A stretch of 63,816 nucleotides of DNA, counting the filler, from Octopus bimaculoides (Eukaryota): assembly GCF_001194135.2 (NCBI RefSeq). It is 5 parts of 4 records of this genome, joined end to end, with 100 filler letters (N's around TTAATTAATTAA, not from the genome) between each part and the next. Parts side by side here need not be neighbours in the genome. Positions count along the whole stretch, not along the records: positions 1 to 13,236 come from NC_068992.1; positions 13,337 to 38,632 come from NC_068985.1; 3 more parts are not named here. One strand, 5' to 3'. The notes beneath the pieces were generated by a model, which saw only the letters and a program-made list of their open reading frames with translations, was not told the DNA's origin and ran no database searches. Below, one piece after another: positions 12,973 to 23,762 of this stretch. Made by a program: the position numbers and the translations under genes. Within the stretch, counting starts at the first letter, position 1; each line of letters starts with the position of its first letter.

Positions 12973-13236
12973 TATATGCATGAGAATACATACATAAAAC
13001 AAAACATATAAATCTGCTCATATACATACATACACATATATATATATATACACATGTATATATGCACATATATATACATATATATATATATATATTATTT
13101 TGCTTAAAAGAGTTCCAACACTGTCTGTTTTTTATGTTTTATTTATATTCCTGCAGAACTAATGTGGGGTATAGAATATGGAATATACAATATATAATAT
13201 AATATACAATATATAATATAAAATAAAATAAAAATG

Positions 13237-13336
13237 NNNNNNNNNNNNNNNNNNNNNNNNNNNNNNNNNNNNNNNNNNNNTTAATTAATTAANNNNNNNN
13301 NNNNNNNNNNNNNNNNNNNNNNNNNNNNNNNNNNNN
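13237..13336. other. Artificial scaffold-join spacer
   Basis: 44 N + TTAATTAATTAA (13281-13292) + 44 N; an identical 100-bp block occurs four times. Confidence 0.9.
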
Positions 13337-13488
13337 ATTATTATTATTATTATTGAGTGGAACGCAGCACGTGCTATCAAAGTGACTCTGGGGTACAAAT
13401 ATAAGCCCAGTATTCCTATAACGACTCCCCGTCTGATACCAATGGCACAGAAGACATCACAGTTATACTCTCTATGTGATTCTCTCTT

Positions 13489-13545
<57 letters not shown>

Positions 13546-14180
13546 TGGTCTGCTCGTCTAGCCAGTGAGGTGGCGTCGTTCGAAAGCTAAAACAATTCAA
13601 ATGCATTGTGACCAGCGATGGAAACAACATCCGATAGTCTGCTACTTTCTTTTCACAGATTCAGTTTTGGTTTGGGTCAATATTTTACGTTTTCCATTTT
13701 AAATATTTTCTGATACAAAATCATCATTTTGTAGTTTCTATTTCGGCATTTCGTTCCCTGTATATTATCTTTTCGACTCACTTAGTTTGTAATGAAGTAG
13801 ACTACACTTGAAACCAGCACTTAAATTAGAATAGATTGTAATTTTTTAAAACGATTTATTGAATATTTTCAAGAATAAATATTAAAATTTCGTGTGACAA
13901 GAAAGTGGATTTCTTTCCAAACAAAAACTAATATATTAATGAACTTTACGATGGAAAATGTTGAACAGAATCTACGTAAGAGTTTAATGAAGCAACTGTG
14001 ATATCAATTAAAATAATCGAAGAGAAAAAAATTGAAAGCGTGTATAAACACTTTGATAATTTAAATTCACACGCACCATACATATGTTGTAGCAATTTAT
14101 ACATAGTGGAAAGAACCTTTCTTTAAGGATATAAAACAAAACTCAATGCCATGACGATATACGTATATATATATATATAT

Positions 14181-14727
14181 TGTTGTATTTCGGGATGGTC
14201 ATGTTGCCAGTTTAGCTAATGAAAACACACGCACTATATAGTTGGTGTTCACTTGCTTCAGCTTTATTTTATATCAGTTGTACTTGTACTTTTTGGTTTT
14301 TAAATCGCGAACAGCCGTCTTAATTATTCACACACACACACACACGTTTATATATTCGTTTTTGCAAGATTCTTGATGTGAATTCGTGTATTGCAACAGA
14401 TATTGTATTTCGTCTCACGTCTGCGACCTCATCAGTGGTCCTTTGCTTTCTTTTTTCTTTTTTGTGTCTCTCCGGCTGATCGTTAGTAAGGAGAGACACA
14501 AAAGAGAAAGAAGAAAGCAAAGGATCACTGATGAGGTCACAGAAGTCTGACCAAAGAACTCTGGTCGAAATACGATTAATACAAAATAAATCTGAAACAA
14601 GTGAACATCAAATATATTGTGCCTGTATTTTCACTGGCTAAACTTGCAACATAACCATCCCTAAATACAATATATGTTTCAATACACGAATTCACATCAA
14701 GAATCTTGGGAAACGAATATATAAACG

Positions 14728-14730
<3 letters not shown>
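14181..14730. repeat. Pair of inverted, permuted copies of a dispersed repeat
   Basis: 14181-14270 and 14345-14411 (+) match the reverse complement of 14580-14670 and 14663-14730. Confidence 0.8.
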
Positions 14731-14792
<62 letters not shown>

Positions 14793-15144
14793 GATAAAGA
14801 TGACTGCTCGCAATTTAACATCCAAAAGGTACAAGTAGAATGGATACTAAAGTGAGTAAAGTGTACATCAGTACCATCATTGCGAGAAACAAAAGTCAAA
14901 ATAACTCTTAGCCACGGGCAATGCATTCTTGTATTGACTGACAAGGGTGACAACCTCTCTACAGCAAATGTGGAGTGTCAGATCATCGATGATTTCAAAT
15001 TGAATTAATCCTCATCAGCGACATTTACTCCCTTGCCTAGGGTTAAATCGAACTCGCCTTGTCAGTTTATAGAAGATACCACAGGAATCAGTGGCTGACT
15101 TCAGGTTGTCTGTCTGTCTGTCAGTATGTCTGTCTGTCAGTCTG

Positions 15145-15220
<76 letters not shown>

Positions 15221-15429
15221 ATTCTTATATGCACAGATAGGCCTAACTCTAACAGATCAGTTGCCACTTTTCACGGCTATTACTTAAATTTCTACATTGC
15301 TTTTTTGTCTTTATTTTCTTAAGTTCTTAATGTGCCAGCGGAGAATCTTGACAAGTTAAGTTTAAATGACGGTTACACATTTTTTTGTTCTTATATCTGC
15401 TCTAATCTATATCTACTCTAGTCTATATC

Positions 15430-15830
15430 TACTCTAGCTAACTCCACGGAATCTTCTATTGCTATTAATCCTCTTCTACCTTTCCTTCTAGATAAGTATA
15501 ATCTTGCTAATCCTGTCGTTAGGTGGAGTCTTCCATTCATATTGAATTCTTTCCTATTTCTTCTGTCTAGCTTTGCTAATTCAGCTTTTGTCCAATCTAC
15601 AAAAGCTGTTACGCATCCAAGTATTTCCAGTCTTCACTAGAATCGGATCATTTCGCTTTGACTTCATTAGTTTCCTCACCGTTCTGATGAACTCCTCAAT
15701 TATCGTTTTCATATCTCTAGTTAGTACTCTGTCAGATTCTAATACCCCTAGACACTTATACCTCCCTCCTTCTTTCAATGATTTTAATGTCTGGCCATCT
15801 GTTTGTTAATTGGATGCCTTCGCTGTTGAC
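15430..15830 (-). mobile_element. R4-like LINE RT 3' fragment
   Basis: EGGRYKCLGVLESD...EEFIRTVRKLMKSKRNDPILVKTGNTW resembles YKYLG...RVRKLLKSKLNGGN..KAINTW. Confidence 0.7.
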
Positions 15831-16298
15831 TACCTGTCCCTTTTTCATGACTGATATTACACACTTATCTATGCAGAATATTTTAACATGTCAATAGTTT
15901 GAATGACAGCCACTAATTTTTTCTTGTTATATTCGCTTTGTTTTTGTCATTGCTATTGCCATATTTCGTCAATTAGCTTCAAATCAAATCAGTCGGTATT
16001 GAACAGATTTAAAATCTAAGACAATCTCGTCACGAACATTTCATCTGTCTACATAACTCACAATTTAATTCATAAGTCCTGAATTTAAAAACAATATAGG
16101 GGTGTTACTGACTTGGTATAGGCTCTTTAGTAATGGTAGTGTTGAACTACCTGGATAATCTTTCACTGAGATCTAAGTACATTCCAGAATATGTATACTG
16201 TTAAAGCACTTGAGGCCTACATGAAATATCTATCAAACGAATCTGCTTAAACATTTCTCTTATAAACTAATAAAGACATTTATATTAATGTGTATTTA

Positions 16299-16331
16299 TC
16301 TAATTATAAACTTTTTATTTTCTCTTTGCAG
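16299..16331 (+). promoter_or_regulatory. Candidate 3' splice acceptor ahead of the long coding exon
   Basis: ctaat (branch-like), then ctttttattttctctttgcag; the AG at 16330-16331 overlaps the ORF's GTG. Confidence 0.7.
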
Positions 16332-19210
16332 TGACTGGAGTTGAAACCAAGCTGACATTACATGACAATTCACTTCTTTATTGCCTGCTTGCTACTATTT
16401 TCATATTACCTGGGGTCAAGTCTTACAATGCGACGTTGAACACTACAACATTTGTCGTTAATTCTAATTGTAACATATATTTCTCTGAACCGGAATTCGC
16501 TAAGGAATTCATGGTAATTTATGAACATGTAGAGTTGGTGAATATACGGGTAGATTTCCCATCTGAATTTGTCAATCCTTTGTTCGAAGTCAAAGATTAT
16601 TATAATCCAGAAGTTTGGTATTTATCAACGTACGAGCATGGTTTAACCCTACTGAAACTCCCGTTTCAGCATGCAATTTTCTCGTTATCCACTTTAGAAA
16701 GGAGCGTGAGGTATATTGATTTACGCCTCCGACACTCACCTCGACGCTGTCTGGAGAAACTGCCGTTTCATGAAAGGATGAATGTGGTTCGCAAATTTCA
16801 GTTTGATAATCTAAAGCAGGATAAGCAGCTGGGCTTCATATCTATTTGTAATCAGATAATAAAATCTAAGGAAGGGCATGCTGAATTTGTTAATTTCTGT
16901 TGTAAGAAAAATAACGCTGGTAAGATAGTATGTCACGAGGAAGATATAGGAATTTGGGTATCGCTACTGTTCTGGCTGCTTGCGGCTTTGCGACTGATTA
17001 TCTTATTATTCTCGCCACTACTACTTCCACAGAGCATGTACAATGCGGCATATGTCATGTCTGAATATACAGTTAAACTAAAATCTCCTTTTCTATTGAA
17101 CTTATTCGTGTCAACCAATGAAGACTGTATTGTTCGATACAAGAAACGCTTGGTCAAATCAGACATTAAATCTTGGAACAGATTTAACCATTTAATTCAA
17201 TATATACCACAGGAGACAGTTGTTCCAATACAAATTAATGAACTAAACGTCAAAGTTAAAGGAAAAAGAATAGTTGAAGGAAACTATCCACCATCCGGTC
17301 TAATGAAATCTTTATACGATAATTTCATTCGATGCAAAGTAAAAAACATAGAAACCTTTACAGAATGTTGTGAAAGTAGTATTTACGGAAAATGTGTGGA
17401 TCTGTTCATTAATTACAACATCACTTGGCATACATGCATGAAGACATTTATTAAATTGGTGATGTTGTTACTACTTCCATTGCCATATTATATCAGAGTA
17501 ATAATTTATTACATATTTGAAGAACCTGTGTTTGATTTTCGCCGTATGTTTGTTGCAGCAAACAGACTGGATGTATCATATAATTTCGTATCACAAACAT
17601 TTTTACAATACTTTTCTCCAACTCATCCTGTATTCATTACAACATATTTCTGTTATATCTTATCCGGTTTTATAATTGGCTTCGTTAATCCAAGCGGCAG
17701 AGAAATATTAAAAGGTGTCATACGAGGTTCTCTGCAAAATATGCGCGATGTAACTTATGTTGGAGGCGTAGAGATGATTACAAAACTTGCCTTGAACCCC
17801 TTTAAAACATTCGGTATCCTTGGTTTATTATTAGCCCCAATATATTGGCTGTTCGTTATACCATTAGGATGTGTATTGTTTCTTATATATAGCATTCCAA
17901 TAATTTACTTAATCACTGCAATATTTCGACACGCCATACGGGCTTTTCCGCTATTTGAAAAGAAAAGGCATCTTCTACCCAAACGAGCAACACGAAAGAT
18001 CAAAGAGTTAACCGAGTCGATGAAGGTAAAATTTAAAAATGATCTGTTTTATTATAAAGAAACAGAACCAACTCGATCAGAACAGGTCGTTAAGATAATA
18101 AAGCTATTTGCTGTAACTTCTTATTGCATAACTGTTCTCTTCTCTTTTACGCTCCTTGTAAGTGAATGTCTTGCATTTCTGTTACAAGTGGCAACATATA
18201 CAATGATGGGATTCATAGTAAACGCCTCTTCCCTTCTTAAATATGTAACTATGGCTCTTCTTGTTATTGTTTATATGCACGACTGTTATCAGGACGTATA
18301 TCAAAATTACGTAACGTTCACGAAAGAAATAATTGACGATTTAATGGACAGAGCAGAAAATATCAAAGAAGTCGCATCTCAGTCAGCTGATGTTCAGGAA
18401 AATGCTGCTTTCCAAGTTTCCCTGCCAACGGATGTTACACCGATTTCAACAAAATTTAACAACGATAAAGGAGAACCTAGATGGAACATCGGGCATTTAT
18501 CCGTTTTCTTAGACAAATACGATACTCCAAGAATGCCATTAAGATTATTTAAAGATATGTGCAACATAAGGACCTGGGGTTCACCAGGACCTGTTTATAT
18601 AAATTTGCTTATAGCGACGAGAAAGTTTCTTACAATAGTTGTTTTTCTTGCCTTTGTATTAGTGGTTGTACTAGCTTTTGGTAATGTCTACAGAGTTTCA
18701 TCAACAAACCAAACCTTAGCGGCAATGGCAGGGGGATTTGTTCCTCTGCTGCTAAAGAATGTCCTCTCCTCGCGTGTCTTAAAATTAAATTTAAAGACAT
18801 TAGCATTTAAGGGCCAGTTGGATGAGGTGTTATCTGCATATAGACAAAATTGGCCTATAAGTGATCTTGTTTTCGAATGGGGAGAAAATATTGTTCCAAG
18901 TGTACCAAACGAAAATGGTTTAAATGTTACCAATAGTAACAGCACTGATCTTCCAAATAAACTTGAAGAAACATTCACGAATTCTGATAACAATCCATTT
19001 CATAAAAAGGAATCATTTAAAACATCGTCAAATAGTAACGGATCAATAGACGACTTACATTACAACAGTGACGAGATCGATCTATTTATCGATCTCTCAT
19101 CGACGATAAATTCAGATACATGGCTAGAGACACCTCATCATTCAAATCCCGATTTGACTTTAAACCATATTCTTACTGTACCTCCACAATATTCTGTCAA
19201 ACATTTATAA
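16331..19210 (+). CDS. Uncharacterised multi-pass membrane protein (about 959 aa) with signal peptide and Cys-containing ectodomain; single large coding exon, 5' end uncertain
   Basis: 2.88-kb stop-free frame in AT-rich DNA. Hydrophobic signal (aa 14-31), sequons N33/N37, six Cys in aa 47-201, hydrophobic stretches at about 208-232, 373-396, 434-452, 494-532, 589-650, 766-784 and 796-811. No TE motifs. Confidence 0.9.
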   Translation: MTGVETKLTLHDNSLLYCLLATIFILPGVKSYNATLNTTTFVVNSNCNIYFSEPEFAKEFMVIYEHVELVNIRVDFPSEFVNPLFEVKDYYNPEVWYLSTYEHGLTLLKLPFQHAIFSLSTLERSVRYIDLRLRHSPRRCLEKLPFHERMNVVRKFQFDNLKQDKQLGFISICNQIIKSKEGHAEFVNFCCKKNNAGKIVCHEEDIGIWVSLLFWLLAALRLIILLFSPLLLPQSMYNAAYVMSEYTVKLKSPFLLNLFVSTNEDCIVRYKKRLVKSDIKSWNRFNHLIQYIPQETVVPIQINELNVKVKGKRIVEGNYPPSGLMKSLYDNFIRCKVKNIETFTECCESSIYGKCVDLFINYNITWHTCMKTFIKLVMLLLLPLPYYIRVIIYYIFEEPVFDFRRMFVAANRLDVSYNFVSQTFLQYFSPTHPVFITTYFCYILSGFIIGFVNPSGREILKGVIRGSLQNMRDVTYVGGVEMITKLALNPFKTFGILGLLLAPIYWLFVIPLGCVLFLIYSIPIIYLITAIFRHAIRAFPLFEKKRHLLPKRATRKIKELTESMKVKFKNDLFYYKETEPTRSEQVVKIIKLFAVTSYCITVLFSFTLLVSECLAFLLQVATYTMMGFIVNASSLLKYVTMALLVIVYMHDCYQDVYQNYVTFTKEIIDDLMDRAENIKEVASQSADVQENAAFQVSLPTDVTPISTKFNNDKGEPRWNIGHLSVFLDKYDTPRMPLRLFKDMCNIRTWGSPGPVYINLLIATRKFLTIVVFLAFVLVVVLAFGNVYRVSSTNQTLAAMAGGFVPLLLKNVLSSRVLKLNLKTLAFKGQLDEVLSAYRQNWPISDLVFEWGENIVPSVPNENGLNVTNSNSTDLPNKLEETFTNSDNNPFHKKESFKTSSNSNGSIDDLHYNSDEIDLFIDLSSTINSDTWLETPHHSNPDLTLNHILTVPPQYSVKHL

Positions 19211-19732
19211 TCCACTGTCAACATTATCATAAAGAAATAGAAATATTTGCGGTTTTTTCCTCTGAATTTTTTCTGTGATACTTTTTAATGTAACCGTGTA
19301 TTTACTTGAAAATTTTATTCACAGGGTTGCAGCACATCAAGAAATATTCTAAACCAAGCCAGCTCTCATAGAACGGAATATTAATCAAAATATTTTAAGA
19401 GTGACTTTCAGAACTTGTTATAGTGTATCCAATACAACATTACCAAATGCATTCATCCATTTTTATAAAGTTTTAAGCAAGATGTATAACACTGACATAT
19501 TTACAAGTTACAAGCAAACTACATAATGTATTTTCGCACAAGGACATAAACTCGAAAGCTGAACCAATTAAACTAACATTCATCTAGAATTGCGAGAAAC
19601 CCTCACCCGAAACCAAGGTCATAGTATATCCGGCATTCCCATATATGCTAGATCAAAGTTTCTCAAACTTTTTGGGTCGCCGTCTCCCTCATAGTCACAT
19701 AATACCCTCAGTATTCCACCCCTATTTTTATG

Positions 19733-19742
19733 AATAAATAAA
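19733..19742 (+). promoter_or_regulatory. Possible polyadenylation signals (overlapping AATAAA) about 520 nt after the stop
   Basis: tgaataaataaat; may lie inside a repeat, so weak. Confidence 0.3.
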
Positions 19743-19944
19743 TATTTTATTACGGAGATGTACTTGCATAGCAAGTGGCCTGATCGGAGATCGTGTGCTG
19801 GAACGAAAAGAATTGCAGCGTGGAAGGTATTTATAAGCCATTTAAAATAACACACAAAAGCAATCAGATTCACTTCAACATTTAAATTTAATTTGTCAAA
19901 ATATTTTTGTCGCTTTGAGACCGCGACCTGTTCACTGACAAAAA

Positions 19945-20468
19945 AGGCGGACGTACAGGATGTGGACCGCAACCCCTTTCGTTTTTTTCTTTTACAGAAT
20001 CCCTCATTTTCGAGTACGGNNNNNNNNNNNNNNNNNNNNNNNNNNNNNNNNNNNNNNNNNNNNNNNNNNNNNNNNNNNNNNNNNNNNNNNNNNNNNNNNN
20101 NNNNNNNNNNNNNNNNNAAAAAAAAAAAAAAAAAGGCATTCTATAATTCTAATTTCCCTCCGCCCCCACCCAATTCTTCAATTTTCACTATTTTTTTAAA
20201 AATTGAAATTAAAAAAAAATTTTTTTTTCAGAATCATAATCTCGTATTTATTACGTATTTTGCAAAAAAAAAAAGGTAAAAAAAAAAATTCTGAAAAAAG
20301 TGAAAACTGAATTTTTTTTATGGGGTGTGTGTGTGTGAGGTAAATTGAAATTTTAAAATTCGTTTTTTTTTGGGGTGGATCAGAATCTCTGTACTCGAAA
20401 ATGGGGGATTCTATATAAAAAAAAAAAATACGAAAGAGGGTGTTGCCCACATTCCTTACGTCGGCTCC
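19945..20468. mobile_element. Diverged TIR element (MITE), gap in the middle
   Basis: Left ggcggacgtacaggatgtgg...agaatccctcattttcgagtac is imperfectly inverted to right gtactcgaaaatgggggattct...ccacattccttacgtcggctcc; no clean TSD. Confidence 0.5.
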
Positions 20469-20973
20469 TTAATGGATCCCCTTTAACTATATCTATGTAT
20501 GTTGGTGTTTATATTTTAAAAGCTCAAGTCGTTTACTTGTATATAAGTCTTTTTCTGTTATATAGCACATTAATATCTGTTCATGTGTATGAAAGTAGCA
20601 TTATGAATAAAAGCAACAAGCTACGGGAATGATAAAATATATCATATTTTGAAACTTGTGTGAGATTAAATTCAAAGAAAGCAACGAAACTTATTTTCAG
20701 TTTTATTTTATGTTAATTGGAAGAGGACGACAGAATCTGAAATCGCCTGAATAAAATATTAGCATCATTAACAAAGAACCTACTTCATGTAATATGCAAA
20801 GTATATCAATATATATATATTATTATAAGGCTTCGTGTTTGTAATACTTCAGTGAAGGCAAGGCAACTTTTAGGGCTTCAACACTAAGCGCTTTTCCGAA
20901 GATTTACTGTTAATTTAATACCATATATGGTCACACACACACACACACACACGCATGCACATATGTATGTATG

Positions 20974-21013
<40 letters not shown>

Positions 21014-21265
21014 NNNNNNNNNNNNNNNNNNNNNNNNNNNNNNNNNNNNNNNNNNNNNNNNNNNNNNNNNNNNNNNNNNNNNNNNNNNNNNNNNNNNNNN
21101 NNNNNNNNNNNNNNNNNNNNNNNNNNNNNNNNNNNNNNNNNNNNNNNNNNNNNNNNNNNNNNNNNNNNNNNNNNNNNNNNNNNNNNNNNNNNNACATGCA
21201 GACATATATTCTTAAATAAGAAAACTGTTGACAGTGACCTCGAAATATTGTTCAGTTGATTCATG

Positions 21266-21331
<66 letters not shown>

Positions 21332-21336
21332 AATAG

Positions 21337-21630
21337 CAGTACCAGGCAGTGGCTCTCATGGTTTCTGATCTTAATTGATTGGAAGTGTTATCATGTACAT
21401 TGTTTTGTCTTGGTATAAAAGATGGGCTACAGCAAATATTCTGCTGAATGCCACAGATTTGCTTGTCAGTTGTTTGACCTTAACCAGTTGAGCATTCCCT
21501 TGGTGGCTGACGATATGTGCCTCTCTGATCATGAGCAGAAGTAGTGGGGAGCATTATAGCGATGTGTTGAGTGCAATTCTTTGGGGTTTGAATAATGCAC
21601 CTTTGGAAACATGGATGTTTTGCTCAACCT
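21337..21630 (-). mobile_element. Retroposon 3' end with (TTA)n tail, unclassified
   Basis: Abuts the (AAT)n array at 21267-21335; weak GALFKPQRIALNT similarity to LINE C-termini. Confidence 0.45.
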
Positions 21631-21654
21631 CCTTAAAGTTGGATCTGACCCCCG

Positions 21655-21900
21655 GAAGGTTCACAGAGACAATTGATCATATTGTTTCTGACTGCCCAGT
21701 CCTCGCTGAAAAGGAATACCTCATTATAAAAATAAGATTACTGAATATTAATAATAACCAGATCAAGTTCGGTCACGTCATCATAAGAGGGCGAATACTC
21801 CAATGTGATAGACTCTCGCCGCTGCTATTCGTGGTTACCCTTATTTCTGTTACATTGATCTTGAAAGATACGAAATCATGTTACGAACGAGAAAATGACC
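21655..21900 (+). mobile_element. R4-like LINE fragments (CCHC region and RT region)
   Basis: ETIDHIVSDCPVLAEKEYL and IIRGRILQCDRLSPLLFVVTLI (compare GIFQGDSLSPLLF). Confidence 0.7.
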
Positions 21901-21931
21901 ACTTCCTGCTTCTATATAAATACGTGTATAT

Positions 21932-21976
21932 GCAGTCCGACGATGGCTTAACTGACCGAAACTTCGAAGTTACTGT
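21932..21976 (+). ncRNA. Minimal type I hammerhead-ribozyme-like motif
   Basis: GCAGT-CCGACGA-T-GG..CC-GAA-ACTTCGAAGT-T-ACTGT: 5-bp stem I, palindromic stem III, GUH triplet; U4 replaced by C. Confidence 0.55.
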
Positions 21977-22562
21977 CAACAATATTCTTCTTTAAGAATA
22001 AAGACATACACACACACATTCACTCACTCACACAGACACGCGCGCGCACACAAGTGTGTGTGTATTTGCGTGTACCTCACATTTAATTAATGGCAAACTG
22101 TATTCATTTCAATTATTTCATTTTATATACGAACAGTTTTTATTGAATATTTTTCAACAAAGTTATCCAGGCACAATAATATTCTTTGTTCCTATTTCGT
22201 AAACAAAACATAAAAATGAATGCATATTAATTTTTGAGGCTATCTTCAAAAATAATTTATAGAAGTATCGCGAATGAATCGTTCATATAGTCTTTATATT
22301 GTTAATTTTCAGTATTAAATGTATTTCATTATATCAGTAACCAGTCGTTATCATTTGTTTTTCTCGAAAAACGAGAAATGTCACTTCTATTCATGATTTA
22401 TTAAAACATTATTAATTAACAACAAATCTCTGAAATAGCCTAATCGTTAATTAATAGTAAGGATATAATATTGAATATGAGCGTCCTTTAAATCTGTAAC
22501 TTATTTCTAAGTTTCATTTTGATTCCAAAATGTATAGCTATCATTTATTTCCAAATTATTAA

Positions 22563-22880
22563 CAGGCACTCCGTCGGTTACGACGGCGAGGGTTCCATTT
22601 GAGTCGATCAACGGAACAGCATGCTCGTAAATTTAACGTGCAAGGAACAAAGCAATCCACAGGAATGCATAATCTTAATGCAATTCTAAGGGAAGTTAAC
22701 ACACAATGTGACAAGGCTGACATTTGAAATACAATTGCAACTCACTTTTGTCAGATGAGCGAACTGGAGCAACCCAAAATAAAGTGTCTTGGTCGAGGAC
22801 ACAACGCGCCGCTGGGAATCGAACTAATGATCTTACGATCGTCAGTCCAGTAGCCTAACTATTAAGCCACGTGCCTTCAG
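22563..22880 (-). mobile_element. SINE family D
   Basis: Reverse complement of the 11457 family, including tRNA-like head and CORE-like box. Confidence 0.75.
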
Positions 22881-22942
22881 CTTCACAACATTATTCGCAT
22901 CTTTGCCGACGTACTTAGATTGAGATTCATTTGCATTTTATA

Positions 22943-23154
22943 CAGGGTGTCCACAAAGTCTGGGTACATGGAATAAATAAAATCTTAACATAAACAATTA
23001 AATATAAGAAATGATAATTTCTTAAAGTAGGTGTTAATCCCCATGTGGGTACATGGAGTAAATGAAATCATAATATAAACAATTAGATATAGAAAATAAT
23101 AATTTCTTAGTGTATGTGTTAATCCCCATGTACCCAGACTTTGTGGACACCCTG
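22943..23154. mobile_element. Tc1/mariner-type MITE, 29-bp perfect TIRs, TA target duplication
   Basis: TA|cagggtgtccacaaagtctgggtacatgg...ccatgtacccagactttgtggacaccctg|TA. Confidence 0.92.
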
Positions 23155-23705
23155 TAGATTTCGCTGTCATAAATTTAAGACATTAACCCGAGCATTTGTG
23201 AGAGGTATTCAGACGATTCCAAGCACTGAAGGTGGGAAATTGAAGAGGAAGAGAATGACGTGGTGGTGAAGAATCTTGAGGAAAATTTTGAAGATACAGC
23301 AAGTTATATATATATGTGTGTATATATATAAATATATATATNNNNNNNNNNNNNNNNNNNNNNNNNNNNNNNNNNNNNNNNNNNNNNNNNNNNNNNNNNN
23401 NNNNNNNNNNNNNNNNNNNNNNNNNNNNNNNNNNNNNNNNNNNNNNNNNNNNNNNNNNNNNNNNNNNNNNNNNNNNNNNNNNNNNNNNNNNNNNNNNNNN
23501 NNNNNNNNNNNNNNNNNNNNNNNNNNNNNNNNNNNNNNNNNNNNNNNNNNNNNNNNNNNNNNNNNNNNNNNNNNNNNNNNNNNNNNNNNNNNNNNNNNNN
23601 NNNNNNNNNNNNNNNNNNNNNNNNNNNNNNNNNNNNNNNNNNNNNNNNNNNNNNNNNNNNNNNNNNNNNNNNNNNNNNNNNNNNNNNNNNNNNNNNNNNN
23701 NNNNN

Positions 23706-23762
<57 letters not shown>

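Noticed and set aside
13281-13292. TTAATTAATTAA palindrome as a homeodomain or other regulatory site
   Set aside because: Always centred in exactly 44+44 N; synthetic spacer.
16933-18993. Antisense ORFs 16933-17166 and 18688-18993
   Set aside because: Shadow frames of the long plus-strand CDS, with no independent features.
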